Part shown: piece after piece, positions 8,415 to 16,813 of the stretch | How the letters are laid out: each line of letters begins with the position of its first letter | Numbering within the stretch: the first letter of the stretch is position 1 | The notes under the pieces: model-generated | Database searches by the model: none | The model's input: only the letters and a program-made list of their open reading frames with translations | Told to the model about the DNA's origin: nothing | Assembly: GCA_964641815.1 (NCBI GenBank) | Contig: CAZXKN010000116.1 | Location: 1,889-65,888, forward strand | DNA: 64,000 bases | Direction of reading: 5' to 3' | DNA from: an uncultured Gemmatimonadaceae bacterium | GTDB taxonomy: Bacteria > Gemmatimonadota > Gemmatimonadetes > Gemmatimonadales > GWC2-71-9 | Position numbers and translations under genes: made by a program

Positions 8415-8490
8415 AGGAGACGGTAGGAGACGGTAAGAGACGGTAAGGGATGCTACCCCTACCGTCTCTTACCGCCTCTTGCCGTCCCCT
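8415..8490 (-). repeat. unit-built hairpin H2 (decamer GAGACGGTAR arms)
   Basis: 8415-8449 (gagacggtag gagacggtaa gagacggtaa ggg) pairs with 8456-8490 (ccctaccgtctc ttaccgcctc ttgccgtccc c...). That is 35 positions with 5 mismatches and a 6-nt loop. It lies between the stop of 8495..9283 and the selD start. Confidence 0.8.
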
Positions 8491-8494
8491 ACCG

Positions 8495-9283
8495 TCAGGC
8501 TTCTTGCGCGACCAGTAGCGATCTGAGCCCGATCAGCGCACGCTCTTCGTTCGCCGGCTCGTCGAAGCTGCCATCCTCCCGCTGCATCGCCAACAGCGCG
8601 GGCACGGCGTTGGAGATCAGCTCCCGCGCCGGCCGGATCCCGGCGAGCAGCAGGGACTCGAGCATGTGGAACAGGTTCGCGTCGCCCCACGTTCCGTCGG
8701 GACGCTGGCTCTCGCCGAGACGCTCGACGCACGCCGGGAGCCGGTCATGGTACGGGACCGGCGCCACCGCCACGACGCCGAGGGCGCTGGCGGCGAGCTC
8801 GTTGTGCACGCTGGGCCAGAGACTTAAGACCCGCTCGAGGCGGCGCAACACTCGCGGCCGGGCATCCTGGCGCGCTCGGAGCAGCACGCGCAACCCGAGG
8901 CACTCCGCGGCGAACGTCGCCCCTTCCGCGCTCGTGAGCACGGTCCCGTTGGGCAGGGCGAGCGGCGACGGCGCCGACAGCGCGGGCGGCATCTCGAGGA
9001 ACGTCAGCACCCAGGCCACGAGCCGCGCCAGGCTGCCCTGCAACGCGTCGAGTCCCAGGTCCATCATCTCCCATGCGGCCCAGGCCGTGGTGACCAATGA
9101 CCCGCCGATCGAGCCGTCCATCTTCGTCTTGGCGCGCCGCTCGCTGACGAGCACCTGTGTGAGCTGCTCGTCCTCCGGGCGGGGGATCCCCAACAGTCGG
9201 CGGCCCAAGACACCTTGGCGCGAATCGAGGACCGAAAAGAAATTCTCCAGGCGTGTGATCGCCTGCTCCAGCGAGGTCGACAT
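8495..9283 (-). CDS. prenyltransferase/terpenoid-cyclase-repeat-like (alpha/alpha toroid) protein, function unknown
   Basis: 262 aa. Repeated motifs of the prenyltransferase/squalene-oxidase repeat type: DGSIGGSLVTTAWAAW, QRPDGTWGD, QREDGSF. Confidence 0.6.
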   Translation of the reverse strand: MSTSLEQAITRLENFFSVLDSRQGVLGRRLLGIPRPEDEQLTQVLVSERRAKTKMDGSIGGSLVTTAWAAWEMMDLGLDALQGSLARLVAWVLTFLEMPPALSAPSPLALPNGTVLTSAEGATFAAECLGLRVLLRARQDARPRVLRRLERVLSLWPSVHNELAASALGVVAVAPVPYHDRLPACVERLGESQRPDGTWGDANLFHMLESLLLAGIRPARELISNAVPALLAMQREDGSFDEPANEERALIGLRSLLVAQEA

Positions 9284-9427
9284 GAGGCCTCCGTGGGTCT
9301 GGAGGTGGATCGGTGCAGCGGTTTGGCGCGAATGCGAAATCCACGGCGACGGGCTCAGGGAAGCCGTGTGATCTCTACAGTCTGGCTGATAGTCCTTGAG
9401 CGCAGAAAAGGTTCCCGGAAGAATCGC

Positions 9428-9757
9428 TCACCCGAGCCGCCACGCCAGGATGGCGCCTGCACCACAATAGCGCATCACCGAAAATGCCATGGCCGCGAAT
9501 GCGGGACGGGTCGAGAGGGCGGACGCGAGCAGCCCGACGAGGCCGAACAGCAGCCACCACGCACCGTGGCCGAGGCTGTCGAACCACAGCGACGCAAACA
9601 ACGTGACGACGAGCGCTTCGAACGCGCTGGCCGCGAGCGTACCTGCCGTCGGGGCCGGACTCACGGTGACGCCCGTCACACGATGCGCGGCCCAGCCGGC
9701 GGCGGCGAACCAGATCGCCACGGGGACCCAGGCGAGCAACAGCCGCCCGAGCGTCAT
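9428..9757 (-). CDS. small integral membrane protein (3-4 predicted TM helices)
   Basis: 109 aa, almost entirely hydrophobic (LLLAWVPVAIWFAAAGWAA..., WWLLFGLVGLLASAL...). Its start overlaps the stop of the upstream amidohydrolase by 4 nt. Confidence 0.55.
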   Translation of the reverse strand: MTLGRLLLAWVPVAIWFAAAGWAAHRVTGVTVSPAPTAGTLAASAFEALVVTLFASLWFDSLGHGAWWLLFGLVGLLASALSTRPAFAAMAFSVMRYCGAGAILAWRLG

Positions 9758-11496
9758 CCGCTCGTGGCGCCGCCCTTGCCGCGGCGATCGGACGGCACGT
9801 AGCCGGGCCCGCGCAGGCCGCGACCCGGACGGGCAGCGGTGATCTCGCCGCGTCGCAGCACGATCTGGCCGTTGACCAGCACGTAGGTGATGCCGACGGA
9901 GGGCTGGTGTGGCTTCTCGAAGGTCGCGCGGTCGTTCACCGTCTCGGGATCGAACACCGTGATGTCGGCGGCCATCCCGGGCCGCAGCAGGCCGCGGTCA
10001 GCGAGGCCGACGCGCTGCGCGGCGAGGGACGTCATTTTGCGCACTGCGAACTCGAGCGGCATCAGATGTTGCTGGCGCACGTACAGTCCGAGGATGCGCG
10101 GGAACGTCCCGTACGCCCGCGGATGCGTGTAATCCTTGCCGAACGGTCCGTCGGGGGCGACGCCGGAGGCATCGCAGTCCACCGCCACCCACCACGTCTT
10201 CAGCGCCGCCTGCACATCGTCATCTCTCATCTCGAAGTAGATCGCGCCGGTGCGGGCGTGGTCGGCGAGCACGATGTCGAACAGCGTCTCAATGGGGTCC
10301 TTCTTGCGCTCGCGGGCGATGTCCCCGAGGTGACGTCCGTCGAGCGCGTGGAGCGAGTCCTGGAACACCCCGGCGATCATCACCCCATCAGCGCCGCCCG
10401 AATTGATGTAGGGGTTCTCGTCGCCGCCTCCGGTGAGCATCTCCTGGCGCAGCTTGACCCGGGTGGGCCGGTCGCGCAGCCGTGCGAGCAGTGAATCCGT
10501 CCCGCCGGCGTGGGCCCACTGCGGGATCGCCGCGTCGAGCGACGTGGCGGCGGCGATGTAGGGATACTGATCGGCGGTGATGTCGAGCCCCGCGGCCCGG
10601 GCGGAGTCGATGCGCTGAATCAGGTGCGGCATGCGGCCCCACTGCGGCGCGCCTGCGGCCTTGAAATGCCAGATCTCGGCGGGGATATCGGCGGCCTGGG
10701 CAATGCGGAACACTTCGTCGAGCGCCTCGTCTTCGTGTCCCGCTTCGTTGCGGATGTGGGAGGCGTAGATCCCGCCGTGACGGCGCGCCGCGCGCGCGAG
10801 CCCGATCAGCTCTTCGGTCGGTGCGTAGATCGCCGGGGCGTACAGCAGGGCCGTCGACACGCCGAGGGCGCCCTGTTCCATCATGGTGTCGACCAGCGCT
10901 TCCATGTGGGCCTGCTCGGGGCCGGTGGCCGGACGGTTGGCGAAGCCGATCACCGCCATCCGCACCTGCGTGGCGCCGACGAACGTCGCGATATTGATCG
11001 TGGATCCGGTGTGCTCGAGGTGGGCGAAGTAGCCGTCCAGATCGCGCCAGTCCTCGCTGAACTTGTACTTCTTCATCACCGCGGAATCGAGCGCGACCAG
11101 CCGGTCGGTGAGCGGCGCCACCGAGCCGCCTTCTCCCGTCACTTCGGTCGTGATCCCCTGCGTCACCTTCGAAAGCGCCCGATTGTCGATCAGGACGTTC
11201 GTCTCCGACTGCCCCAGCATGTCGACGAAGCCGGGTGCGACGACCAGCCCTTTCACGTCGAGCGTTTCCTTCGCCGTCCCGGTGAGGCGGCCGATCGCGG
11301 CGATGCGATCGCCGCGCACGCCGAGATCCCCGCGCCAGCGCGGATTGCCGCTGCCGTCGACGATCCAGCCGCCGCTGAGCAGCACGTCATACGTGGCGTT
11401 CGCCGGCGGCGGCGGCGCGGCGGTACTGGACGGCTTGGGGCGCTGGCACGCCGCGGCGGCGAGCAGCACGAGCCCCGCACAGGTCACTTTTTCCAT
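9754..11496 (-). CDS. N-acyl-D-amino-acid deacylase (D-aminoacylase)-like amidohydrolase, secreted/lipoprotein
   Basis: Trimmed from track ORF 9754..12561 to MEKVTCAGLVLLAAAACQ (lipoprotein-like signal). Family motifs: DGSGNPRWRGDLGVRGDRIAAIG, APGFVDMLGQSE, GITTEVTGEGGS, IYASHIRNE, IWHFKAAG. Confidence 0.8.
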   Translation of the reverse strand: MEKVTCAGLVLLAAAACQRPKPSSTAAPPPPANATYDVLLSGGWIVDGSGNPRWRGDLGVRGDRIAAIGRLTGTAKETLDVKGLVVAPGFVDMLGQSETNVLIDNRALSKVTQGITTEVTGEGGSVAPLTDRLVALDSAVMKKYKFSEDWRDLDGYFAHLEHTGSTINIATFVGATQVRMAVIGFANRPATGPEQAHMEALVDTMMEQGALGVSTALLYAPAIYAPTEELIGLARAARRHGGIYASHIRNEAGHEDEALDEVFRIAQAADIPAEIWHFKAAGAPQWGRMPHLIQRIDSARAAGLDITADQYPYIAAATSLDAAIPQWAHAGGTDSLLARLRDRPTRVKLRQEMLTGGGDENPYINSGGADGVMIAGVFQDSLHALDGRHLGDIARERKKDPIETLFDIVLADHARTGAIYFEMRDDDVQAALKTWWVAVDCDASGVAPDGPFGKDYTHPRAYGTFPRILGLYVRQQHLMPLEFAVRKMTSLAAQRVGLADRGLLRPGMAADITVFDPETVNDRATFEKPHQPSVGITYVLVNGQIVLRRGEITAARPGRGLRGPGYVPSDRRGKGGATSG

Positions 11497-12839
11497 TCGG
11501 CCCTCAAGGAATCCGGTTTGATCGCCCGCCCGCGCAGCATCACCCAGGCGATGTCGCGGGTGGCGGAAATGTCGTCCACGGGACTGCGGTTCAGTACGAC
11601 CAGATCGGCCACCTTCCCCTGCACCAGCACGCCGATCGAATCGGCGCCGAGCACCTGGGCGGCGTGCCGGGTCGCGGCGGTCAGCGCCTCGATCGGGGTG
11701 AAGCCGGCCGCGACGAGCAGCGCGAGCTCTTCGTGCAGCGAGGCGCCCGGAACGAGGAGCGGGTTCGCGGCACCGGTGCCCGTCGCGACGAGTCCCCCCG
11801 CGGCCTTGAAGTCCCGCACGAACTGATCCTGCCGGTCGCGGCCGCGGCGGAACGCGGCGAACTGCGGCGCGCGCCAGCCGCTGCGCTGCAGCCACCCCGC
11901 GGCGTCGCGCACCGTTGCGGCGTCGGCGGGGACGTCCGCCATGCCGAAACGCGTCGCCAGGGCGGGGTCGTCGAAGCGCGCGTAGGTGTCGTGCGCGACC
12001 AGTGCCGGCACGATGGCGACGTGCGTGGCGGCGAGGGCGCGGGCCGTCCGCTCCACCGTCGCCGAGTCGAGCCCTCCCCAGCTCGCCTCTTCCAGCGTGA
12101 GGCCGGGGAAGAAGAGGTCGTGGGCGCGGACGAAGGGGGCAGGGTCCATCGCCGACGCGACGACGCCGGAGAGATCCTCCAGCGACGCGACGCCGGCGCG
12201 CGCGGCGGACACGGCGTCGAGCTTGCCGACCCGCGCCGCGACGCGCAGCCGCAGCGTCGCGGCTTCGTCGATGATGGCCCGCAACAGCTCCGGCGTGATC
12301 TTCGTGTAGACCATCACGAAATCCGCTCCGGCGACGGCGCGCTGATCCACCGCCTGTCGGGCTTCCTCGTCTCCCGACACCGCGGCGGCGCCGGGGAGCG
12401 TGGGGGCGAGCCCGTCGATCGCCGCCCCCGCCGTGTACACGCGCGGCCCGATGATGGATCCGAGATCGACGTCTTTCTTGAGCGTAAACCCTGAATCCGC
12501 CGGAGAATGCACGTCGCGCACCGACGTGACGCCCCACGCGACGTAGCGCGGCAACGCCCACCGCTCCACCATCGCGTTGGCGTCGATCAGACCGGGGATG
12601 ATCGTCTTGCCCAGCAGATTGATGCGCTCGGCGCCGCGCGGCACTTTGATTTCGTTCACGCGGGCGACCGCTTTGATCTCCCCATCCTTAATGAGGATCA
12701 GCGCGTCCGTCTTCGGTGCACCGCCCGAGCCGTCGATCAGCGTCGCGCCTTCCAGCGCGATCATCCCTTTCCCGGGGGACGTGCACGCCGCGGCCAGCGC
12801 CAGGGCGCCGAGCTGCGCGGCGGTCCACCAGCGACTCAC
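11484..12839 (-). CDS. amidohydrolase-fold protein with degenerate metal-binding motifs, secreted/lipoprotein
   Basis: Trimmed from 11484..13313 to GTG 12839 (VSRWWTAAQLGALALAAACTSPG; GTGA overlap with the upstream stop). The fold signature LIDGSG...ILIKDGEIKAV...IIPGLIDA is present. The HxH site reads ANAM and the usual GTDA reads GTGAAN. Confidence 0.75.
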   Translation of the reverse strand: MSRWWTAAQLGALALAAACTSPGKGMIALEGATLIDGSGGAPKTDALILIKDGEIKAVARVNEIKVPRGAERINLLGKTIIPGLIDANAMVERWALPRYVAWGVTSVRDVHSPADSGFTLKKDVDLGSIIGPRVYTAGAAIDGLAPTLPGAAAVSGDEEARQAVDQRAVAGADFVMVYTKITPELLRAIIDEAATLRLRVAARVGKLDAVSAARAGVASLEDLSGVVASAMDPAPFVRAHDLFFPGLTLEEASWGGLDSATVERTARALAATHVAIVPALVAHDTYARFDDPALATRFGMADVPADAATVRDAAGWLQRSGWRAPQFAAFRRGRDRQDQFVRDFKAAGGLVATGTGAANPLLVPGASLHEELALLVAAGFTPIEALTAATRHAAQVLGADSIGVLVQGKVADLVVLNRSPVDDISATRDIAWVMLRGRAIKPDSLRAEWKK

Positions 12840-13285
12840 GGCTTGGGATCCGCCGACGTGTGATCGTGGAGAATCAGCCAGCGCGGCCCTCGCTTCTGCA
12901 GGATCAGCGTGAACGGCCCGCTGGCGGTGAGGGAATCGCCGCGGTGCAGCGCGAAGCGGGCGGTGGCGAACGCGAGGTCGAGGGTGAGCGGCTGGACACG
13001 CACCTCGCTGAAGGACAGCGAATCGCGCGACTTGCCGGGCGCGAAATACGTCGTCTTGTAGTGATCGTAGAGCGGCTGCCAGCCGTATTGCACGTGACCG
13101 CCGGTGACGTAGCTCGTAGTCGAATCCCTGGCGTAGTCGCTCATGAAGCCGTCGAGGTCGCCCCGGTTCCAGTCGCTCGCCGAGCGGGTGAGCGCGGCGG
13201 TGATTTCCTGCTGGGGATCTCCGGTGGGGACCTTGGGTGCCGCGCAGGCAGCCGCGAGCACCACCACACCGCATACGCTGCGCAT
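12836..13285 (-). CDS. SnoaL/DUF4440-like (NTF2-fold) lipoprotein
   Basis: Trimmed to MRSVCGVVVLAAACAAP (lipobox). The NTF2-like pattern is ITAALTRSASDWNRGDLDGFMSDYA ... WLILHDHTS. Confidence 0.6.
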   Translation of the reverse strand: MRSVCGVVVLAAACAAPKVPTGDPQQEITAALTRSASDWNRGDLDGFMSDYARDSTTSYVTGGHVQYGWQPLYDHYKTTYFAPGKSRDSLSFSEVRVQPLTLDLAFATARFALHRGDSLTASGPFTLILQKRGPRWLILHDHTSADPKP

Positions 13286-13328
13286 GACCACCTCTTCGTT
13301 GGCGGGCCGCCACAACGTACCTTGCCGG

Positions 13329-14075
13329 ATGGCCGATGCAACCCCGTTCGCGGGAGCCATCGTCTACGGACCGGTCCTTTCCCGTCGCCTGGGACGGAGT
13401 CTGGGGATCGATCTCCTGCCGCCGCGCTCGAAGCTGTGCGAGCTCGACTGTCCCTATTGCGATTGCGGATTCACCACCCCACGGGTCCCGCGGGACCGCT
13501 GGCCGTCTCCCGACGAAGTCGGCCAGGCACTGCGGCGGGCGCTCGAACGCTCAGCGACGGCCCCCCACTGGATTACGCTGTCGGGGCGCGGCGAGCCGAC
13601 GTTGCACCCGCGGTTCGCCGTAGCCGTCGATCGTGTGCTCGCGGCGCGGGACGCGCTCGCCCCAGCGGTGCGCGTCGCCATCCTCTCCAACGGCATCGCC
13701 GCCCGGGTGCCGTCCATCCGCGACGCCCTGCGGCGGCTCGATGCGCGCATCATGAAGCTCGATCCCGGTCCGGCGGCGCGGGTGAACGGCGCGGTCATCG
13801 ACGCCGAGCGGATCGCGCGGTCGTATCAGGGGCTCGCGCCCGTGACGGTGCAGGCCATGGTGGTTCGGGGACCGGAATGGGACGGCTCGAGCGACGCCAG
13901 CTTCGCCGCCTGGCTGCCGCTCGCCGTCCTGGCGCAACCGGAGGCGGTACAACTGACGACCCTGAGCCGGCCGCCGGCGGATTCCAGAATCACAAATGTG
14001 CCGCGGGAGCGCCTCCAGCGAATGGCCGCGGCCATCGCGGAAGCGCTCCCGCGAGCGATTGTCCGTATCGTTTAG
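13329..14075 (+). CDS. radical SAM protein (small, single-domain)
   Basis: Trimmed to MADATPFAGAIVYGPVLSRRLGRSLGIDLLP. The CxxxCxxC cluster is CELDCPYC, followed by a GEPTLHP SAM-binding-like motif. Confidence 0.75.
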   Translation: MADATPFAGAIVYGPVLSRRLGRSLGIDLLPPRSKLCELDCPYCDCGFTTPRVPRDRWPSPDEVGQALRRALERSATAPHWITLSGRGEPTLHPRFAVAVDRVLAARDALAPAVRVAILSNGIAARVPSIRDALRRLDARIMKLDPGPAARVNGAVIDAERIARSYQGLAPVTVQAMVVRGPEWDGSSDASFAAWLPLAVLAQPEAVQLTTLSRPPADSRITNVPRERLQRMAAAIAEALPRAIVRIV

Positions 14076-14362
14076 CGACGCCGGCGCTTCGCCTTGCGTC
14101 CCGTCTTCTTCTTCGCCTTCGCGCGCTTCGCCTTCTTCTTGCTCTTCTTCGGGGCTTTCTTCTTCTTTGCCTTTGCCTTCGGCTTCGACGCTTTCTTCTT
14201 TTTCTTCGCCGGCGCGCGCTTCGGTCTGGGCGGCGACGTCCCCTCATCCATCGACGGAGTGTACAGCGGTGCCGGCATCGGTTCAGGCGCTGGCTCCGGC
14301 GGGAACATCGGCTCCATCATTCCGGGGCCGCCCATTCCCGTGAACTCTGTGGTCGAGACCAT
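14072..14362 (-). CDS. lysine-rich basic protein (histone H1-like tail), putative
   Basis: 96 aa with a Met/Pro-rich N-terminus and a C-terminal half of KKKKKASKPKAKAKKKKAPKKSKKKAKRAKAKKK. The strong AAG/AAA run is atypical for this GC-rich sequence. The opposite-strand ORF is a poly-Phe artefact. Confidence 0.55.
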   Translation of the reverse strand: MVSTTEFTGMGGPGMMEPMFPPEPAPEPMPAPLYTPSMDEGTSPPRPKRAPAKKKKKASKPKAKAKKKKAPKKSKKKAKRAKAKKKTGRKAKRRRR

Positions 14363-14560
14363 CTATGTGTCCTCCGCAGGTTGTGTCGGCTGGGGGCCTA
14401 TAGCTTATCCGACTCACAGTCCGACGCAAGTGAGCGCGAAGCACCTCCCGCCGCCTGAGCGGACCCGCGGAGGGGCACTCCCCCGACACCCGGCCGAACG
14501 CCTATCGTGTGACCCCAATCAGGGTTACGGCCTCGCGCTGCGGCATTACATTAGGCGACA

Positions 14561-16813
14561 ATGATCATCACCAGATTCCTCGTCCTGGCCGCCGCCGTAT
14601 CCCCGCTGGCGGCTCAGGCAGTGACCGAAGTGCAGGTGGCACCCCCGTCGATCAGCATCAAGGTGGGTGAGCACTACGGCTTGATCGCGACCGCCTACGA
14701 CCGCGTGGGCAACGTGCTCCCCGCGGCCCGGATCCAGTGGGTCTCGAACAACACCGCCGTCGCCCGCGTCGACGGCAGCGGCACCGTGACCGGTGTGGCC
14801 GCCGGCGTCGCGATCGTCGAGGCCCGCGCGGGCCAGAAACGTGGGCAGGCGGCGGTCCAGGTGGCAGCGGCGGCGCCGACGACCAACTCGACGACCACCA
14901 CCGCGGCCGGCGGTGGTGATCCGTATGCCGGCCAGCCCCCGGGCACCGGGACAGCCGCAGTGCTGCGCATCGATCCGCCTTCGGTCTACCTGCTTCCCTC
15001 CGAGCACACCCGCGTCTCGCCGCGCGCCTTGCGCGACGACGGATCCCCCGCCGCGCCGGTGCAGGTGACGTGGAAGTCGCTGCGCGAGGACATCGCGAGC
15101 GTAGACGCCGGCGGCACGGTGGTGGCGCTGGCGCCGGGGCAGGGGACGATTCAGATGTCGGGGTCGAACGGGCTCACGGCGACCGCGCCGGTCGTGGTGC
15201 AACAGTCGGAATTCGCGATTCAAGAGGGGAATTCGCTCACCCTGGCGCCAGGCGAATCGGACACGCTGCACGTCGTTGTCCCGACGCAGGAGAGCCGGCT
15301 GATCAGTCCCATCGCCCTGACCTGGACCACGAGCGACCAGAGCGTCGCCCAGGTCAGCCTCAACGGGGTGGTGCGGGCGATGGGGTCCGGCAAGGCGACG
15401 CTCGGCGTTTCGGGATTCCTGCAGCAGAAGGGCGTCGAGGTCCTGGTCCACCGGGCGGTGGATCTGTTCGCCGTACGGCCGTCGACCCGTGCCGACGTCG
15501 AAGTGCCGGTGACGTCGACGGTACGCTTCGAAGCCAAGGCGCTCGCGGCCGACAGCACACCGGTACCCGAGGCGCGGCTCGTCTGGACCGTCGCCGACAC
15601 GGGGCTGGCGGGTTTCGATCCGGCGACCGGGATCCTCACCGGACGCAAGATCGGCCGCACCCAGCTGCTGCTGCGCGGACCCGGCCAGACGCCGCTGCGC
15701 ACCAGCTGGAACATCAGCGTCATCGCGGGCTCGGTGAAACTCGCCACCGCGCGCACCGGCATTACCCAGGGCGCGCGCCTGGCGCTCAGGGCCAGCTTCG
15801 CCGACGACACCGGTGCGGTGCTCGGTCCCGCCAGCGGGCTCACCTGGAGCGTTGATCCTGCGAGCGTCGCCACGGTGTCGGAGGACGGCACCGTTTCTGG
15901 CGTCGGCCCGGGGCACGCCCGCGTCACCGCGACCGCGCCGGGGGGAAAGACCGCGACCGCGGATGTGTTCGTCGAGAGCGAGCTGTTGCTCGCCGGGACG
16001 CGGAACGGGTCGCTCAAGTTGTACTGGGTCGACCGCGCGAACCTGAGCGTGCTGCGCCGCGCAGCGAGCGACACGGCGCTGGCCACCGATCCCGCGATCT
16101 CCCCCGACGGGTCGCGTGTGGCGTTCGTCTCGACCCGCGACGGCAATCTCGAGATCTACGTGATGGACGCGGACGGGACGAACCTCACCCGCGTCACGAA
16201 CGATCCACAGCCCGACGGCCGGCCGGCCTTCACTCCCGACGGATTGGGGCTGGTGTTCCAGGCGCAGCGCATGGTGAACGGCAAGCCGTTCCTCGAGATT
16301 TACAGCGCCGCGCTCGACGGCAGCGGACTGAAAGCGCTCACCACCGATTCGCTGAACCAGACCCCGACGGTTGCTCCCGACGGCGCCACGATCGCGTTCG
16401 CCTCGACGCGCAACAAGAACGCCGACATCTGGCTGATGAGCCGGGACGGCAGCAATCCGCGCAACTTCACGAAGTCGCCGCAGCAGACGGAAAGCGAACC
16501 GCATTTCCTGCGCGACGGCTCGCTCGCCTACCTGGTGGAGCGCAAGGACCAGACGAACCGGACCGTGCGCCAGGTGATGAAGGTGAACCTCGCGACGGGT
16601 GCGACGACGCCGCTCACGGGGACCGATTACCTGATCGCGACGTACGCCGTGGCGCCGGCGGGCGACCTCATCGCCCTCGTGGTGCCGTCCGATCCGTCCA
16701 ACCGCAAGAACCCGATGTACCGGATCTACCTGCAGCCGACGAGCGGCGGCGCTCCCACGATGATCCCGGCGGGCCCGACCGAGCAGATGCAGGCGCCCGT
16801 GTTCCTGCCGTAG
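14561..16813 (+). CDS. secreted protein with multiple Big_2 (bacterial Ig-like) domains and a C-terminal TolB-like PD40 beta-propeller
   Basis: 750 aa with signal peptide MIITRFLVLAAAVSPLAAQA. Repeated ...W.S.N..VA.V...G.V.....G.A.I.A patterns (Big_2). C-terminal PD40 repeats include PAISPDGSRVAFVSTRDGNLEIYVMDADGTN and PTVAPDGATIAFASTRNKNADIWLM. Confidence 0.8.
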   Translation: MIITRFLVLAAAVSPLAAQAVTEVQVAPPSISIKVGEHYGLIATAYDRVGNVLPAARIQWVSNNTAVARVDGSGTVTGVAAGVAIVEARAGQKRGQAAVQVAAAAPTTNSTTTTAAGGGDPYAGQPPGTGTAAVLRIDPPSVYLLPSEHTRVSPRALRDDGSPAAPVQVTWKSLREDIASVDAGGTVVALAPGQGTIQMSGSNGLTATAPVVVQQSEFAIQEGNSLTLAPGESDTLHVVVPTQESRLISPIALTWTTSDQSVAQVSLNGVVRAMGSGKATLGVSGFLQQKGVEVLVHRAVDLFAVRPSTRADVEVPVTSTVRFEAKALAADSTPVPEARLVWTVADTGLAGFDPATGILTGRKIGRTQLLLRGPGQTPLRTSWNISVIAGSVKLATARTGITQGARLALRASFADDTGAVLGPASGLTWSVDPASVATVSEDGTVSGVGPGHARVTATAPGGKTATADVFVESELLLAGTRNGSLKLYWVDRANLSVLRRAASDTALATDPAISPDGSRVAFVSTRDGNLEIYVMDADGTNLTRVTNDPQPDGRPAFTPDGLGLVFQAQRMVNGKPFLEIYSAALDGSGLKALTTDSLNQTPTVAPDGATIAFASTRNKNADIWLMSRDGSNPRNFTKSPQQTESEPHFLRDGSLAYLVERKDQTNRTVRQVMKVNLATGATTPLTGTDYLIATYAVAPAGDLIALVVPSDPSNRKNPMYRIYLQPTSGGAPTMIPAGPTEQMQAPVFLP

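Noticed and set aside
11497-12561. N-terminal 355-aa extension of track ORF 9754..12561, with similar extensions at 5745..6719, 11484..13313, 40499..42631, 44803..46527 and 30657..32042
   Set aside because: The extensions are Arg/Gly-rich, overlap the real upstream gene in another frame, and precede internal starts that give proper signal peptides or conserved N-termini. I trimmed the genes to those internal starts.
14094-14564. 156-aa plus-strand ORF beginning MRPVFFFAFARFAFFLLFFGAFFFF
   Set aside because: It is the poly-Phe mirror image of the lysine-rich minus-strand ORF. It has no membrane-protein logic beyond the repeat, so I preferred the Lys-rich frame, itself only at moderate confidence.
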